DNA from: Candidatus Parcubacteria bacterium
Lineage (GTDB): Bacteria; Patescibacteriota; Minisyncoccia; Phycocordibacterales; UBA2100
Direction: 5' to 3'
NCBI GenBank assembly: GCA_003599175.1
Contig: QZIY01000024.1
Location: forward strand, 1-54,069
DNA: 54,069 nt
Every line of letters starts with the position of its first letter. Position 1 is the first letter of the stretch. A model generated the notes under the pieces. The model was not told the DNA's origin. It saw only the letters and a list, made by a program, of their open reading frames with translations, and did not search any database. Below are positions 45,284 through 54,069 of this stretch, piece after piece. The position numbers were made by a program, and so were the translations under genes.

Positions 45284-45619
45284 ATGACGGAATTGGCCCA
45301 GAAGAAATGTGTGGCATGTGAGGGGTTCGAAACGCCGTTTGTGCGGGAAGAAGCCATCGTACTCCTCAAACAAGTGAAAAATTGGCAGCTCGCAGATGAT
45401 GCGAAGAGTATTTCAAAAGCATTTACCTTCAAAAACTTCGCCGATGCCCTCGAATTTACCAACAAAGTAGGCGCCATCGCCGAAGAGGAAGGACATCATC
45501 CTGATATTGAGCTTGCGTGGGGGAAAGTGAAAGTGTTTCTTACGACGCACGCAATACATGGTCTCAGTGAGAACGACTTCATTTTGGCGGCAAAGATCGA
45601 TCAGTTGAACGCAACGTAA
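45284..45619 (+). CDS. phhB: Pterin-4a-carbinolamine dehydratase
   Basis: CVAC, F.FKNF..A..F...V..IAE.EGHHPD, THAI.GLSENDFILAAKID. Confidence 0.92.
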   Translation: MTELAQKKCVACEGFETPFVREEAIVLLKQVKNWQLADDAKSISKAFTFKNFADALEFTNKVGAIAEEEGHHPDIELAWGKVKVFLTTHAIHGLSENDFILAAKIDQLNAT

Positions 45620-45628
45620 CTCGTTATT

Positions 45629-45687
45629 CGGCAGCGCAGCGCGTATCGGCTTACGTCAACCGTCTAACGATACGCGCTGCGCTGCCG
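45629..45687. repeat. Perfect 20-bp inverted repeat, 19-nt loop
   Basis: CGGCAGCGCAGCGCGTATCG / CGATACGCGCTGCGCTGCCG. Confidence 0.8.
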
Positions 45688-45746
45688 TCAAACGCTTGCC
45701 GCTTTTTTTCCTCCATACCCTATACTCCATACGCTATACTATAGTG

Positions 45747-46892
45747 ATGGCACTGTCGCTCGACTTCAAGAAAGTCCTCGGATCTCTAGTGAAAGGCAAG
45801 ATAGGCAGCGTCGTTGGCATTGATATCGGCGCTTCATCTATCAAGATGGTACAACTGCGCCTCGCGCGCGGCGCGCCTATCCTCGAAACCTACGGCGAAC
45901 TCTCGCTCGGCCCCTATGCACGCCTGCCGATCGGGAAAGCAGTTAGATTACCGCAGGAGAAAATCACTGAAGCGGTGCAGGATCTCATCCGCGAAGCCAA
46001 TGTGACGGCAAAAAACGGCAGCATCTCGATCCCATTTGCCTCGAGCTTGATCACGGTACTCACGTTGCCAAAGGTTCCCGAGGATCAGCTGCAGCAGATC
46101 GTGCCGATCGAGGCGCGCAAGTATATTCCGATGGCAGTTTCGGAAGTTGCACTCGATTGGTTTGTGATTCCCAAAGACGAAAGCATCCAGGGCGAGTTTG
46201 ATCGTGTGAATCCGCAGACACCACTCCAGGCAAAGGGGGAGGAAGTCCTCTTGGTAGCGATCCACAACAATATTTTGCAAACGCATCAATCACTCGCCAC
46301 CGCCGTCGGCGTCGCCGCCGAGTTTTATGAGATCGAAATCTTCAGCGGCATCCGATCATCCTTGCCGCATGGCTTGGGTCCGATGCTTTTCGTCGACATC
46401 GGTGCAGCGACAACGAAGATGTATGTGGTGGAGCGTGGTGTCGTGCGACTCACGCACTTACTTACCATGGGTGGCATGCAAATGACAGACACACTTGCGG
46501 TATCGATGCAGTGGGATTTTGAAAAAGCAGAGCGCGTGAAGCGCGAGCGAGGCCTCTTGGATGCGTCTGCATTCTCCGGAGATGAGAACGCGCACGTGCA
46601 GCAAGCAATGTTATCAACACTCACCCGTGTTTTTTCTGAAGTTAATCGGGTACTATTGAGTTACGGGCAGCGATACAACAAAAATATTGCACGCGTCATT
46701 CTTGCAGGTGGCGGTGCATCGCTCCCCGGATTGAAAGATGTTGCTAGAGCCGCGCTTTCAGTCGAAGTGGAGATGGCGAATCCGTTTGCAAAAACAGAAG
46801 CGCCCGCATTCATGGGCAACGTGCTGCAGGAGATCGGTCCGGGATTCGCAGTATCAGTCGGTCTCGCGCTCCGCGCACTCAAACGAGAATAA
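45747..46892 (+). CDS. pilM: Type IV pilus assembly ATPase-like protein PilM
   Basis: VGIDIGASSIKMV, EARKYIP, VDIGAATT, ILAGGGA.L.G, AVSVGLALR. Confidence 0.92.
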   Translation: MALSLDFKKVLGSLVKGKIGSVVGIDIGASSIKMVQLRLARGAPILETYGELSLGPYARLPIGKAVRLPQEKITEAVQDLIREANVTAKNGSISIPFASSLITVLTLPKVPEDQLQQIVPIEARKYIPMAVSEVALDWFVIPKDESIQGEFDRVNPQTPLQAKGEEVLLVAIHNNILQTHQSLATAVGVAAEFYEIEIFSGIRSSLPHGLGPMLFVDIGAATTKMYVVERGVVRLTHLLTMGGMQMTDTLAVSMQWDFEKAERVKRERGLLDASAFSGDENAHVQQAMLSTLTRVFSEVNRVLLSYGQRYNKNIARVILAGGGASLPGLKDVARAALSVEVEMANPFAKTEAPAFMGNVLQEIGPGFAVSVGLALRALKRE

Positions 46893-47030
46893 AAAGAAAA
46901 ATACTTTACTATGGAATCCCGTTAGAAGCCGCGGATACACGATATACTATGCATATGAAAATAGCGTCGATATTAGAAGCAAATAACCAAGGAGGAGGCG
47001 GCCTCACGTCCGCGTCCTGCTTCTAACGGG

Positions 47031-47747
47031 ATGGAACCTGCCGGACAACCATCATTCATCCCGCACGATGCAGGCACACCGTCGGCACGCCGCACGAGTG
47101 AAGGGGGATTGTGGGATCTCTTGATGATGATCGGCATTGTCGCCCTGGCCGTATCGGTCGCCCTCGCCGCGGGCGTCTTTTTGTACCAGCAGTATCTGAA
47201 GGCCAATATCAATCGCAGCTTGGAGCGTCTTGCAGAGGCGCGCCGCCAGTTTGATCCGTCGCTCGTCGACCAGCTCACGCGTCTCGACAACCGCATGGAT
47301 GCGGGCGATGAACTTTTGCATGCACACATTGCGCCGTCGTCCGTCTTTACGGTGCTCGATCAAATCACGGCACAGACTGTCGCCTATGATAGTCTCGATG
47401 TGAAGGTCGTCGATCCGCGCAATATCACGCTCGCGATCGAGGGTGTGGCCCGGAGCGTGAATTCCGTCGCATTCCAGGCGGATCTCTTGAGTAAGAGCGG
47501 GGTGATCACCAACCCGATCTTCTCTGATCTCGTACGTGAAGAAGATGGCGTGCACTTCTCCCTCGCCGCGCTCATTGATGCATCGAAGATCAATTTTGGC
47601 AGTCTTGTAAACACGGCGGTAAATGCTGCGGGTGCTGCGCAGCCGACGACGCAGCCAACGGAATCAGCACAGCCCATAGCGCCGACCGCATCATCTTCTG
47701 AACCAGCTTCACCATTTGGCGGCGCGCCGCAACAGACGACACCATAA
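47031..47747 (+). CDS. PilN-like pilus assembly protein
   Basis: SFIP, single TM, coiled coil; position between pilM and pilO. Confidence 0.7.
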   Translation: MEPAGQPSFIPHDAGTPSARRTSEGGLWDLLMMIGIVALAVSVALAAGVFLYQQYLKANINRSLERLAEARRQFDPSLVDQLTRLDNRMDAGDELLHAHIAPSSVFTVLDQITAQTVAYDSLDVKVVDPRNITLAIEGVARSVNSVAFQADLLSKSGVITNPIFSDLVREEDGVHFSLAALIDASKINFGSLVNTAVNAAGAAQPTTQPTESAQPIAPTASSSEPASPFGGAPQQTTP

Positions 47748-47750
47748 TCT

Positions 47751-48362
47751 ATGTCAAAAATGCTCACAGCCATCCTCCTCTTTATCCTCGCGATCGGTAT
47801 ATTCTTCATCTATACCAAGCCGGGATACACCGGCCCCGGCACGCCGGAGAGTCCATCGGTCAATGAAATGCAGGCGCAGATCGCACAGTATGATGATGCG
47901 CTGCAGAAAGTCGCCGAGCTCGAACAGCTCAAGCAGCGACTCTTGGCCAAGTACAATTCCTTCAACCCGAATGACATCGAACGACTCGAGACTCTCTTGC
48001 CGGATCACGTCGACAACATCGGCCTCATCCTTGAGCTCGACTCCTTGGCGAGCCGCTACGGTATGACGCTCGAAAACGTCGATGTGGATAGTTCGCGAAC
48101 AGCCGCTTCGACGGAAAGCGCAGAAGCGGCGGATCTCGGTGACGGAACGCTCAAGGTAGAGGGCCAGAATTATGAATCGATCACCATGACGTTTTCGACA
48201 TTCGGTACCTATGAGAAATTCAAGACCTTCATGCAAGATCTGGAAGCGAGCTTGCGCATGGTCGATCTCGTATCGCTCACTTTCGAGGGGCAGGAGACAT
48301 CCTCCGGCGGACAGCCCACATACAACTTCGATATCTCGATTCGCACCTACTGGCTCAAATAA
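47751..48362 (+). CDS. pilO: PilO-like pilus assembly protein
   Basis: TM, coiled coil, LLPD, GTYE.FK.FM.DLE.SLR. Confidence 0.8.
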   Translation: MSKMLTAILLFILAIGIFFIYTKPGYTGPGTPESPSVNEMQAQIAQYDDALQKVAELEQLKQRLLAKYNSFNPNDIERLETLLPDHVDNIGLILELDSLASRYGMTLENVDVDSSRTAASTESAEAADLGDGTLKVEGQNYESITMTFSTFGTYEKFKTFMQDLEASLRMVDLVSLTFEGQETSSGGQPTYNFDISIRTYWLK

Positions 48363-48368
48363 ATTCGT

Positions 48369-48674
48369 ATGGATTGGCTTGTAAAACATAAACTCGTCGC
48401 TGGCATCGTTATCCTCGTGATCACGGCGGCCGCCTGGTACATGCTCTCTGGCTCTGCGCCGGCGGATGATGCGGTCTTGATGACTGAAAATGTGCAGGAT
48501 ATTCCGCCGGAGGCGCAGGAACTCCTCGACAGCCTTCGTCGGCTCCAAGAGGTTGATTTGGATAGCCCGATTTTCGCCAACCCGTCATTCCAGGTTTTGA
48601 AGGATTTCACGACGCCGGTTATTCCGGAGCCGATTGGTCGCACAAATCCATTCGCCCCCTTAGGTGTACAGTAG
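48369..48674 (+). CDS. Small PilP-like protein
   Basis: TM, C-terminal GRTNPF motif. Confidence 0.65.
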   Translation: MDWLVKHKLVAGIVILVITAAAWYMLSGSAPADDAVLMTENVQDIPPEAQELLDSLRRLQEVDLDSPIFANPSFQVLKDFTTPVIPEPIGRTNPFAPLGVQ

Positions 48675-48680
48675 ACTTGT

Positions 48681-50369
48681 ATGGTGGATCCCACTCCGGC
48701 AGCGCCTTCTGACGGTGCGCCTCTCATAGACGTGCCGGTATGGACACTAGGAGAGACCAAGATTCCGTACGATGTCTTGAAATACATTCCGCAGGAGAGC
48801 GCGGAGCACTATCGGTTTGCGCCCTTAGGCGTGGTTGAGGGAGTGCTTGAAGTTGGCATGGTCGACCCTGATGAGATTCAGGGTATAGATGCGTTGAATT
48901 TCATCGGCCGCGCGACCGGCATGCCTTTCAAAGTGTTCCGCATATCGGATGCCGACTTCGATCGCATCCTCAAAATGTATGCGGGTCTCACGAGCGACGT
49001 CGAGCGTGCCGTCTCCGATCTCGAGAGCGACCAGAAAACAACGAAGCCGAGTACGCTCGATTCGGGAGAAATGCCGCTCGATATCAGCGCGCCCGAGATG
49101 CGAGGGGAGGGCAGCCAGATGCAGACGATCCAAGAAGATGCGCCGACCATCAAGATCGTCTCTACGATTTTGCGCTACGCGGTCGACGGCCGCGCGTCTG
49201 ACATCCACATCGAACCGCAATCGAACGGCGTGCGCGTGCGCTACCGCGTGGACGGCGATTTGCACACGTCGGTTGTGTTGCCCCTCGCTGCGCATCGCGC
49301 TCTCATCGCACGCATCAAAGTGCTCTCATCAATTCGCCTCGACGAGCAGCGAAAGCCGCAAGACGGACGCTTCTCTGCGACCATCGACAATCGTGCGATC
49401 GACTTCCGTGTCTCGACCTTTCCGTCGTACAACGGCGAAAAGGTCGTGATGCGTATTCTTGATCGTGAACAGGGCTTCATTCCGCTCGATCAGATCGGAC
49501 TTTCGCCGCGCAATCTCGGCATTTTGCGCAAAGCCGCGCAGGCACCGCACGGACTCGTTCTTATCTCAGGCCCGACGGGTAGCGGTAAATCGACGACGCT
49601 CTATTCGCTCCTCTCCGAAGTCGATCGCGAACGCAAAAACGTGCTCTCACTCGAAGATCCGATCGAATACTATCTCGATGGCATCAACCAATCGCAAATG
49701 CGTCCTGAAATCGGCTACACCTTCGCAACAGGCCTCCGTACGACACTCCGTCAGGACCCGGACGTCATCATGGTCGGCGAAATCCGCGACGGCGAAACGG
49801 CAAAGCTCGCGATCCAGGCGGCACTCACCGGTCACCTTGTGCTCTCGACTATTCACACCAACGATTCTGTCGGCACGATTGCGCGCCTCATCGACATGGG
49901 CGTCGAGCCGTACCTTATTCCGCCGGTCCTTATTTGCTCTATCGCACAGCGTCTCGTACGTACGCTGTGTCCTGGCACCGGGAAGGGTGTGCCTCTCTCC
50001 GCTTCGCAGAAGAAAAACTTGCAGGATCAGATGGAGACATTGCCGCCGGAGTACCGTTTCCCCATATCCGACACCGTGTACGAGCCGGAAAAATCCGCCA
50101 CCTGTCCTACGGGTATGCGCGGTCGCGAAGCAGTCTTCGAAATTCTCGAAATGTCGCCCGAAATCGAACGCATCGTTCTGGAAAATCCGGTCGACAGCAA
50201 GATTTGGGCGGCAGCACGAAAGCAAGGCATGCTCACTATGCGCGAAGATGCCACCATAAAGGCCTTCAATAAGCAGATTCCGTATGAGGAAGTCGAATCG
50301 CTTTCGGCGCTCCTCCTTGCAGAAGGGGAAGAGGCAGCCTCGGAAGTTGCAGAAAGTGCGGTATCATAG
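48681..50369 (+). CDS. pilB: Type IV pilus extension ATPase PilB/GspE
   Basis: ASDIHIEP, PQDGRF, GPTGSGKSTT, EDPIEY, LRQDPD.IMVGEIRD, TGHLVLSTIHTN. Confidence 0.95.
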   Translation: MVDPTPAAPSDGAPLIDVPVWTLGETKIPYDVLKYIPQESAEHYRFAPLGVVEGVLEVGMVDPDEIQGIDALNFIGRATGMPFKVFRISDADFDRILKMYAGLTSDVERAVSDLESDQKTTKPSTLDSGEMPLDISAPEMRGEGSQMQTIQEDAPTIKIVSTILRYAVDGRASDIHIEPQSNGVRVRYRVDGDLHTSVVLPLAAHRALIARIKVLSSIRLDEQRKPQDGRFSATIDNRAIDFRVSTFPSYNGEKVVMRILDREQGFIPLDQIGLSPRNLGILRKAAQAPHGLVLISGPTGSGKSTTLYSLLSEVDRERKNVLSLEDPIEYYLDGINQSQMRPEIGYTFATGLRTTLRQDPDVIMVGEIRDGETAKLAIQAALTGHLVLSTIHTNDSVGTIARLIDMGVEPYLIPPVLICSIAQRLVRTLCPGTGKGVPLSASQKKNLQDQMETLPPEYRFPISDTVYEPEKSATCPTGMRGREAVFEILEMSPEIERIVLENPVDSKIWAAARKQGMLTMREDATIKAFNKQIPYEEVESLSALLLAEGEEAASEVAESAVS

Positions 50370-50375
50370 CCGGGT

Positions 50376-50783
50376 ATGACACAATCAGAGACTCCCGCCG
50401 CGAGTGGCAAGGGCATGATCATGCTCGTTGACGACGATAAATTCCTTTTGGATATGTACGCGATGAAATTTACGCAGGCGGGTTTTTCCGTGTATCCCGC
50501 ATCATCGACTGCGGATGCTTTGAAGGTGCTCCGCGAAGGATTGCAGCCCAAGGCGGTACTCTTCGATCTCATCATGCCAGAAGGTGATGGTTTTTATCTT
50601 TTGGAAACGATTGGGAATGAAAAGTTGGCGAAGGGTGCAACCTTTATCGCGCTCACGAATGAAATGAATGACGACGAACAAAAGCGCATCATGGAACTCG
50701 GTGCATCGAAGTACATCGTGAAGGCGATGCTCATCCCGTCGGAAGTTGTCAACAGTGTTGCCCTCGAAGTCGAGAAAAAATAG
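50376..50783 (+). CDS. Single-domain response regulator
   Basis: LVDDD, FDLIMP..DG, LTN, K. Confidence 0.9.
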   Translation: MTQSETPAASGKGMIMLVDDDKFLLDMYAMKFTQAGFSVYPASSTADALKVLREGLQPKAVLFDLIMPEGDGFYLLETIGNEKLAKGATFIALTNEMNDDEQKRIMELGASKYIVKAMLIPSEVVNSVALEVEKK

Positions 50784-50815
50784 CCGTCATACTGCATACT
50801 GTACATACAGTTGCT

Positions 50816-51883
50816 ATGGCGATGGACTATTCGGGCCTTCTCAAAAAATATATCAACGTGGTGATTCACGAAGGTGGATCCGATTTGCATTTCTCAACCA
50901 CGTCGCACCCGACCATTCGCATCAACGGCAACCTTGCACCGATGCTGAAAGAGCCTGTCTTGGGTCCGGAAGATACGCTCGGCTTTTTGAAAGCGCTCAT
51001 CAATGAGGCGCAGATGAAGCGATTCAACGAAACGCAGGAGCTCGACTTCGCGATCGATAGCGACGACGGCAATCGCTTCCGCTGCAATGCATTTTTTCAG
51101 CGCCGATCAGTCGGTATCGCGATGCGCCTCATCCCAAAGAGGATCCGCACGGTGCAGGAATTGAATTTGCCCGAGAGTCTCTTGATGTTCCCGCGCAAGA
51201 CGCAGGGCTTTTTCTTAGTGGTGGGCCCGGTAGGGCAGGGGAAGACGACCACGCTCGCTGCGCTCATCGAGCTCATCAATATCGAGCGCATGGAACACAT
51301 CATCACGATCGAAGATCCGATCGAATATCTCTTTGAGCCGAAGCAGTCGATCGTGGATCAGCGTGAAGTGGGCATCGATACGAGGACATTTGCCGATGCG
51401 CTCGTTTCGGCATTCCGCGAAGATGTCGACGTGCTTCTGGTCGGTGAAATGCGTGATTATAAGACGATGGCCGCCGCAGTCACTGCCGCCGAAACGGGCC
51501 ACCTCGTCTTTGCGACCATGCACACCAACGACGCCGCGCAGACCGTGGACCGCATCATCGACACCTTCCCGGCGGAGCAGCAGGATCAAATTCGCTTGCA
51601 GCTGGCCGCATCCCTCGCAGGTATCTTCTCGCAGCGCCTGATTCCGCGCATCTCCGGCGGTCTCATCCCCGCGTACGAGCTCCTCATAAACAACAAAGCC
51701 GTCGCCAACCTCATCCGCGAGAAGCGCACGCACGAAATCAACACGGTGATCGAAACCGGTTCGACCGAAGGTATGATCGACATGAACCGTTCTCTCATGG
51801 AGCTCGTGTCGCGTGGAGAGATTTCCGTCGAAACCGCATACCAATTCTCGCCCAATCCGACCAGTCTTGAGCGATTACTGTAG
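50816..51883 (+). CDS. pilT: Type IV pilus retraction ATPase PilT
   Basis: SDLH, GPVGQGKTTT, TIEDPIEY, QREVG.DT, AAETGHLVFATMHT. Confidence 0.95.
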   Translation: MAMDYSGLLKKYINVVIHEGGSDLHFSTTSHPTIRINGNLAPMLKEPVLGPEDTLGFLKALINEAQMKRFNETQELDFAIDSDDGNRFRCNAFFQRRSVGIAMRLIPKRIRTVQELNLPESLLMFPRKTQGFFLVVGPVGQGKTTTLAALIELINIERMEHIITIEDPIEYLFEPKQSIVDQREVGIDTRTFADALVSAFREDVDVLLVGEMRDYKTMAAAVTAAETGHLVFATMHTNDAAQTVDRIIDTFPAEQQDQIRLQLAASLAGIFSQRLIPRISGGLIPAYELLINNKAVANLIREKRTHEINTVIETGSTEGMIDMNRSLMELVSRGEISVETAYQFSPNPTSLERLL

Positions 51884-51885
51884 AT

Positions 51886-51989
51886 TAGTACGTAGAACGT
51901 AGTTCGTAGTACGTAGAAAAAACATGAAAAAATCAGGTACAATAAGAAGCGTTCAGACTACGTACTACGTTCTACAAACTACGAACTAG
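51886..51989. repeat. Heptamer tandem array (NNCGTAG)x4 with inverted copy (CTACNNN)x4
   Basis: 51889-51916 and 51958-51985 between pilT and pilC. Confidence 0.85.
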
Positions 51990-51992
51990 CAT

Positions 51993-53207
51993 ATGGCTGT
52001 ATTTAAATACAAAGCACTTGATGCAGAAGGGAACAAGCGGGAGGGTACGATCGACGCGCCATCGATTGATCTTGCGATCTCCGCCCTGCAGCGCCGCGGC
52101 CTCATCATTGCCGCGATTGATCCAGAGAACGAGAAAAAGAAGCTCGGGCTGAAGACGGGTATCGCGATTTTCGATCGTGTCGCCCCGTCCGACATTGTGA
52201 TGATTTCGCGTCAGATGACGACGCTCTTTGAGGCGCAGGTCTCGGCCCTCCGCGCGTTCCGACTTCTTGCCGCAGAGGCGCGTACCGAAAAATTGGCCAC
52301 GATTTTGAATACGGTCGCCAACGACATCCAAGGCGGCAGCGCGATCTCAGCCGCGCTCTCCAACCACCCGCAGGTCTTTTCCGCCTTCTACGTCAACATG
52401 GTGAAAGCAGGCGAGGAGTCTGGTAAGCTCGATGAGACGTTCTCCTTCCTCGCGGATTACCTCGATCGCAACTACGAAGTTGCCTCCAAGGCGAAGAATG
52501 CGTTAATCTATCCTGCGTTCATCATCATCACCTTCGGCATCGTCATGACCTTGATGATGACGCTCGTCATTCCGAATCTCGCGAAAATGCTCACCGAATC
52601 CGGCCAGGCAGTGCCGATCTATACGCAGATTGTCATCGGCATCTCTCTGTTTATGAAAAATTACTTTATCTTCCTCTTCATCGGATTCATCGGCGGCTGC
52701 TTCGCGCTCATTCGCTATGCGCAGACAGAAAAAGGGAAACTCGTCATTGCGCAGGCGCGGCTCGAGATGCCAGGCGTGGGTGATGTGTATAAAAAGGTCT
52801 TTCTTTCACGCATCGCCGACAATCTCTCGACGATGCTCCGCAGTGGTATACAAGTCTTGCGCGCGCTCGAAATTACGGGCGATGTCGTGCAAGATCCGAT
52901 CTACCAGAAGGTGCTCGCCGATGCGGCGGTGGACGTAAAGGGTGGTATGCCGCTCTCCGATGCCTTCCGCAAACACGAAGAAATCCCGGGTATTATCGTC
53001 GCCATGGTCAAAATTGGCGAGGAGACGGGTAACATGAGCGAAATCCTCTCGACCATGGCCAAGTTCTACCGCCGTGAAGTCAATAATGCGGTAGACACAT
53101 TGGTCGGGCTCATCGAACCGTTCATTATCGTGATTCTCGCCGTCGGCGTCGCCGTCCTCCTTGCGTCCGTACTCATGCCGATCTACAACATCGCGACGAG
53201 CTTCTAG
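51993..53207 (+). CDS. pilC: Type IV pilus platform protein PilC/GspF
   Basis: F.YKA...G, MVKAGEESGKL, ALIYP, M..IGEETG, LIEP. Confidence 0.95.
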   Translation: MAVFKYKALDAEGNKREGTIDAPSIDLAISALQRRGLIIAAIDPENEKKKLGLKTGIAIFDRVAPSDIVMISRQMTTLFEAQVSALRAFRLLAAEARTEKLATILNTVANDIQGGSAISAALSNHPQVFSAFYVNMVKAGEESGKLDETFSFLADYLDRNYEVASKAKNALIYPAFIIITFGIVMTLMMTLVIPNLAKMLTESGQAVPIYTQIVIGISLFMKNYFIFLFIGFIGGCFALIRYAQTEKGKLVIAQARLEMPGVGDVYKKVFLSRIADNLSTMLRSGIQVLRALEITGDVVQDPIYQKVLADAAVDVKGGMPLSDAFRKHEEIPGIIVAMVKIGEETGNMSEILSTMAKFYRREVNNAVDTLVGLIEPFIIVILAVGVAVLLASVLMPIYNIATSF

Positions 53208-53209
53208 GT

Positions 53210-53821
53210 ATGGAATCAAGGTTTCAGGTTTCAGGCTTCAGGTTTCAGAAAATACGCAGCCACTCTGCATTTCCCCTGAAAGCTGAAAGCTGGCGGCTGA
53301 CAGCTGGTTCCTCCCGCGCTTCGCGCGGCTTCACCCTCATCGAATTGCTCGTGGTGATCGCGATTATCGGCATCCTCTCGGCGGTCGTTTTGTCATCGCT
53401 CACCAATATCCGAGGAAAGGCGCGCATTGCTGTAGCACAACAGACCCTCCGCTCCGCGGTAACGGGATTGTCTCTGTGTCTCAGCGATAACCTTCCGATT
53501 ACGGGGCCGGCAATGACCAATACAGGCGCAGGGACAGGCAATACAACAGGTACCATGTGTGCGGGCGGCGCTACATACCCCAAGCTCCCCACTGGCTGGA
53601 TCTATTGCAACGGGGCAGTACAGGGAACCGGTGCTGGAGATTCGACGGCGGCAACGCCAGTGTGTAGAAATTCAGCTCTGTATACACAGTTCCAGCCAGC
53701 GGGAACACCGCAGGCAGTGCCATTCAGGATTACCGTGTATTCATCGGAGGATAAATGGATGGTGCAGTACAACATGACGACGACGCCATCCGCACAGTAC
53801 ACGAGCCAGGCAGCGCTCTAG
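53210..53821 (+). CDS. Type IV pilin with repeat-derived long leader
   Basis: [17 protein letters not shown] class III signal. Confidence 0.9.
   Translation: MESRFQVSGFRFQKIRSHSAFPLKAESWRLTAGSSRASRGFTLIELLVVIAIIGILSAVVLSSLTNIRGKARIAVAQQTLRSAVTGLSLCLSDNLPITGPAMTNTGAGTGNTTGTMCAGGATYPKLPTGWIYCNGAVQGTGAGDSTAATPVCRNSALYTQFQPAGTPQAVPFRITVYSSEDKWMVQYNMTTTPSAQYTSQAAL
53221..53306. repeat. Heptamer tandem array (GYTTCAG)x4 with inverted (CTGRNRG)x4 inside pilin leader
   Basis: 53221-53248 and 53276-53303. Confidence 0.85.
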
Positions 53822-53934
53822 CCCTGGTTATCCACACGTTGTAGCCAAAAAAGGCCGGGTAGACTGGAGAACGGCTATACTTGCACTGTAACGATACAGA
53901 TTGTTTTTATTTAATCTAATTGTTTTATTAAAAT

Positions 53935-54069
53935 ATGATGAATGTTAGGAGTGAGAGGTCGGGTAGTTCAAAGGGCTTCACCCTCATCGAACTTCTCGTG
54001 GTGATCGCGATTATCGGTATTCTCTCAGCAGTTGTCTTGGCGTCGCTCGGTAACTCCCGCGCCCGAGCG
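53935..54069 (+). CDS. Type IV pilin (5' part, runs off window)
   Basis: [38 protein letters not shown]. Confidence 0.9.
   Translation, partial: MMNVRSERSGSSKGFTLIELLVVIAIIGILSAVVLASLGNSRARA

Noticed and set aside
53210..54069. Diversity-generating retroelement acting on pilins
   Set aside because: No reverse transcriptase or TR/VR pair in the window; similarity between pilins is limited to the conserved N-terminal helix.

Overview
Bacterial chromosome segment whose gene content strongly suggests Patescibacteria/CPR (Parcubacteria-like): PG-binding/S-layer-like secreted proteins, a pilM-N-O-P-pilB-RR-pilT-pilC-pilin cluster, tRNA-adjacent LAGLIDADG genes and a serine recombinase reading into a tRNA. 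This assignment is inference, not a search result. Layout: (i) 1-7.2 kb housekeeping genes (NUDIX, recG, class IV aminotransferase, gpmA) with a strongly structured 180-nt intergenic element. (ii) 7.2-30.7 kb: two paralogous 'promoter - 331-aa double-motif LAGLIDADG gene - conserved 18-nt spacer - tRNA-Ser(GCT)' cassettes in inverted orientation. They bracket a ~21-kb island with an MBL+4TM putative defence pair, two large serine recombinases, a CsoR-regulated copper-homeostasis cargo (P1B-ATPase, multicopper oxidase, two ATP-cone/Mrr-like nucleases) and a satellite-like core (integrase, apparently non-cleavable CI-like repressor, Cro, HTH replication protein with in-gene iterons). (iii) 30.8-39.6 kb: trhO, then a defence/toxin-rich block (frameshifted zeta-like kinase, MazG + GIY-YIG/DUF2075 helicase fused to an intact LexA-type S24 peptidase, OLD-like ATPase-TOPRIM, class III Fic, HNH). 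(iv) 39.7-44.6 kb: S-layer-like gene divergent from an ECF sigma/anti-sigma pair, and an arginase with a 3x30-nt repeat leader. (v) 44.6-54 kb: comF, phhB and the type IV pilus locus with heptamer inverted-repeat arrays. The best candidates for undescribed biology are the twin LAGLIDADG-tRNA-Ser cassettes, the satellite-like element, the 4015-4194 RNA/MITE and the S24-fused helicase-nuclease.
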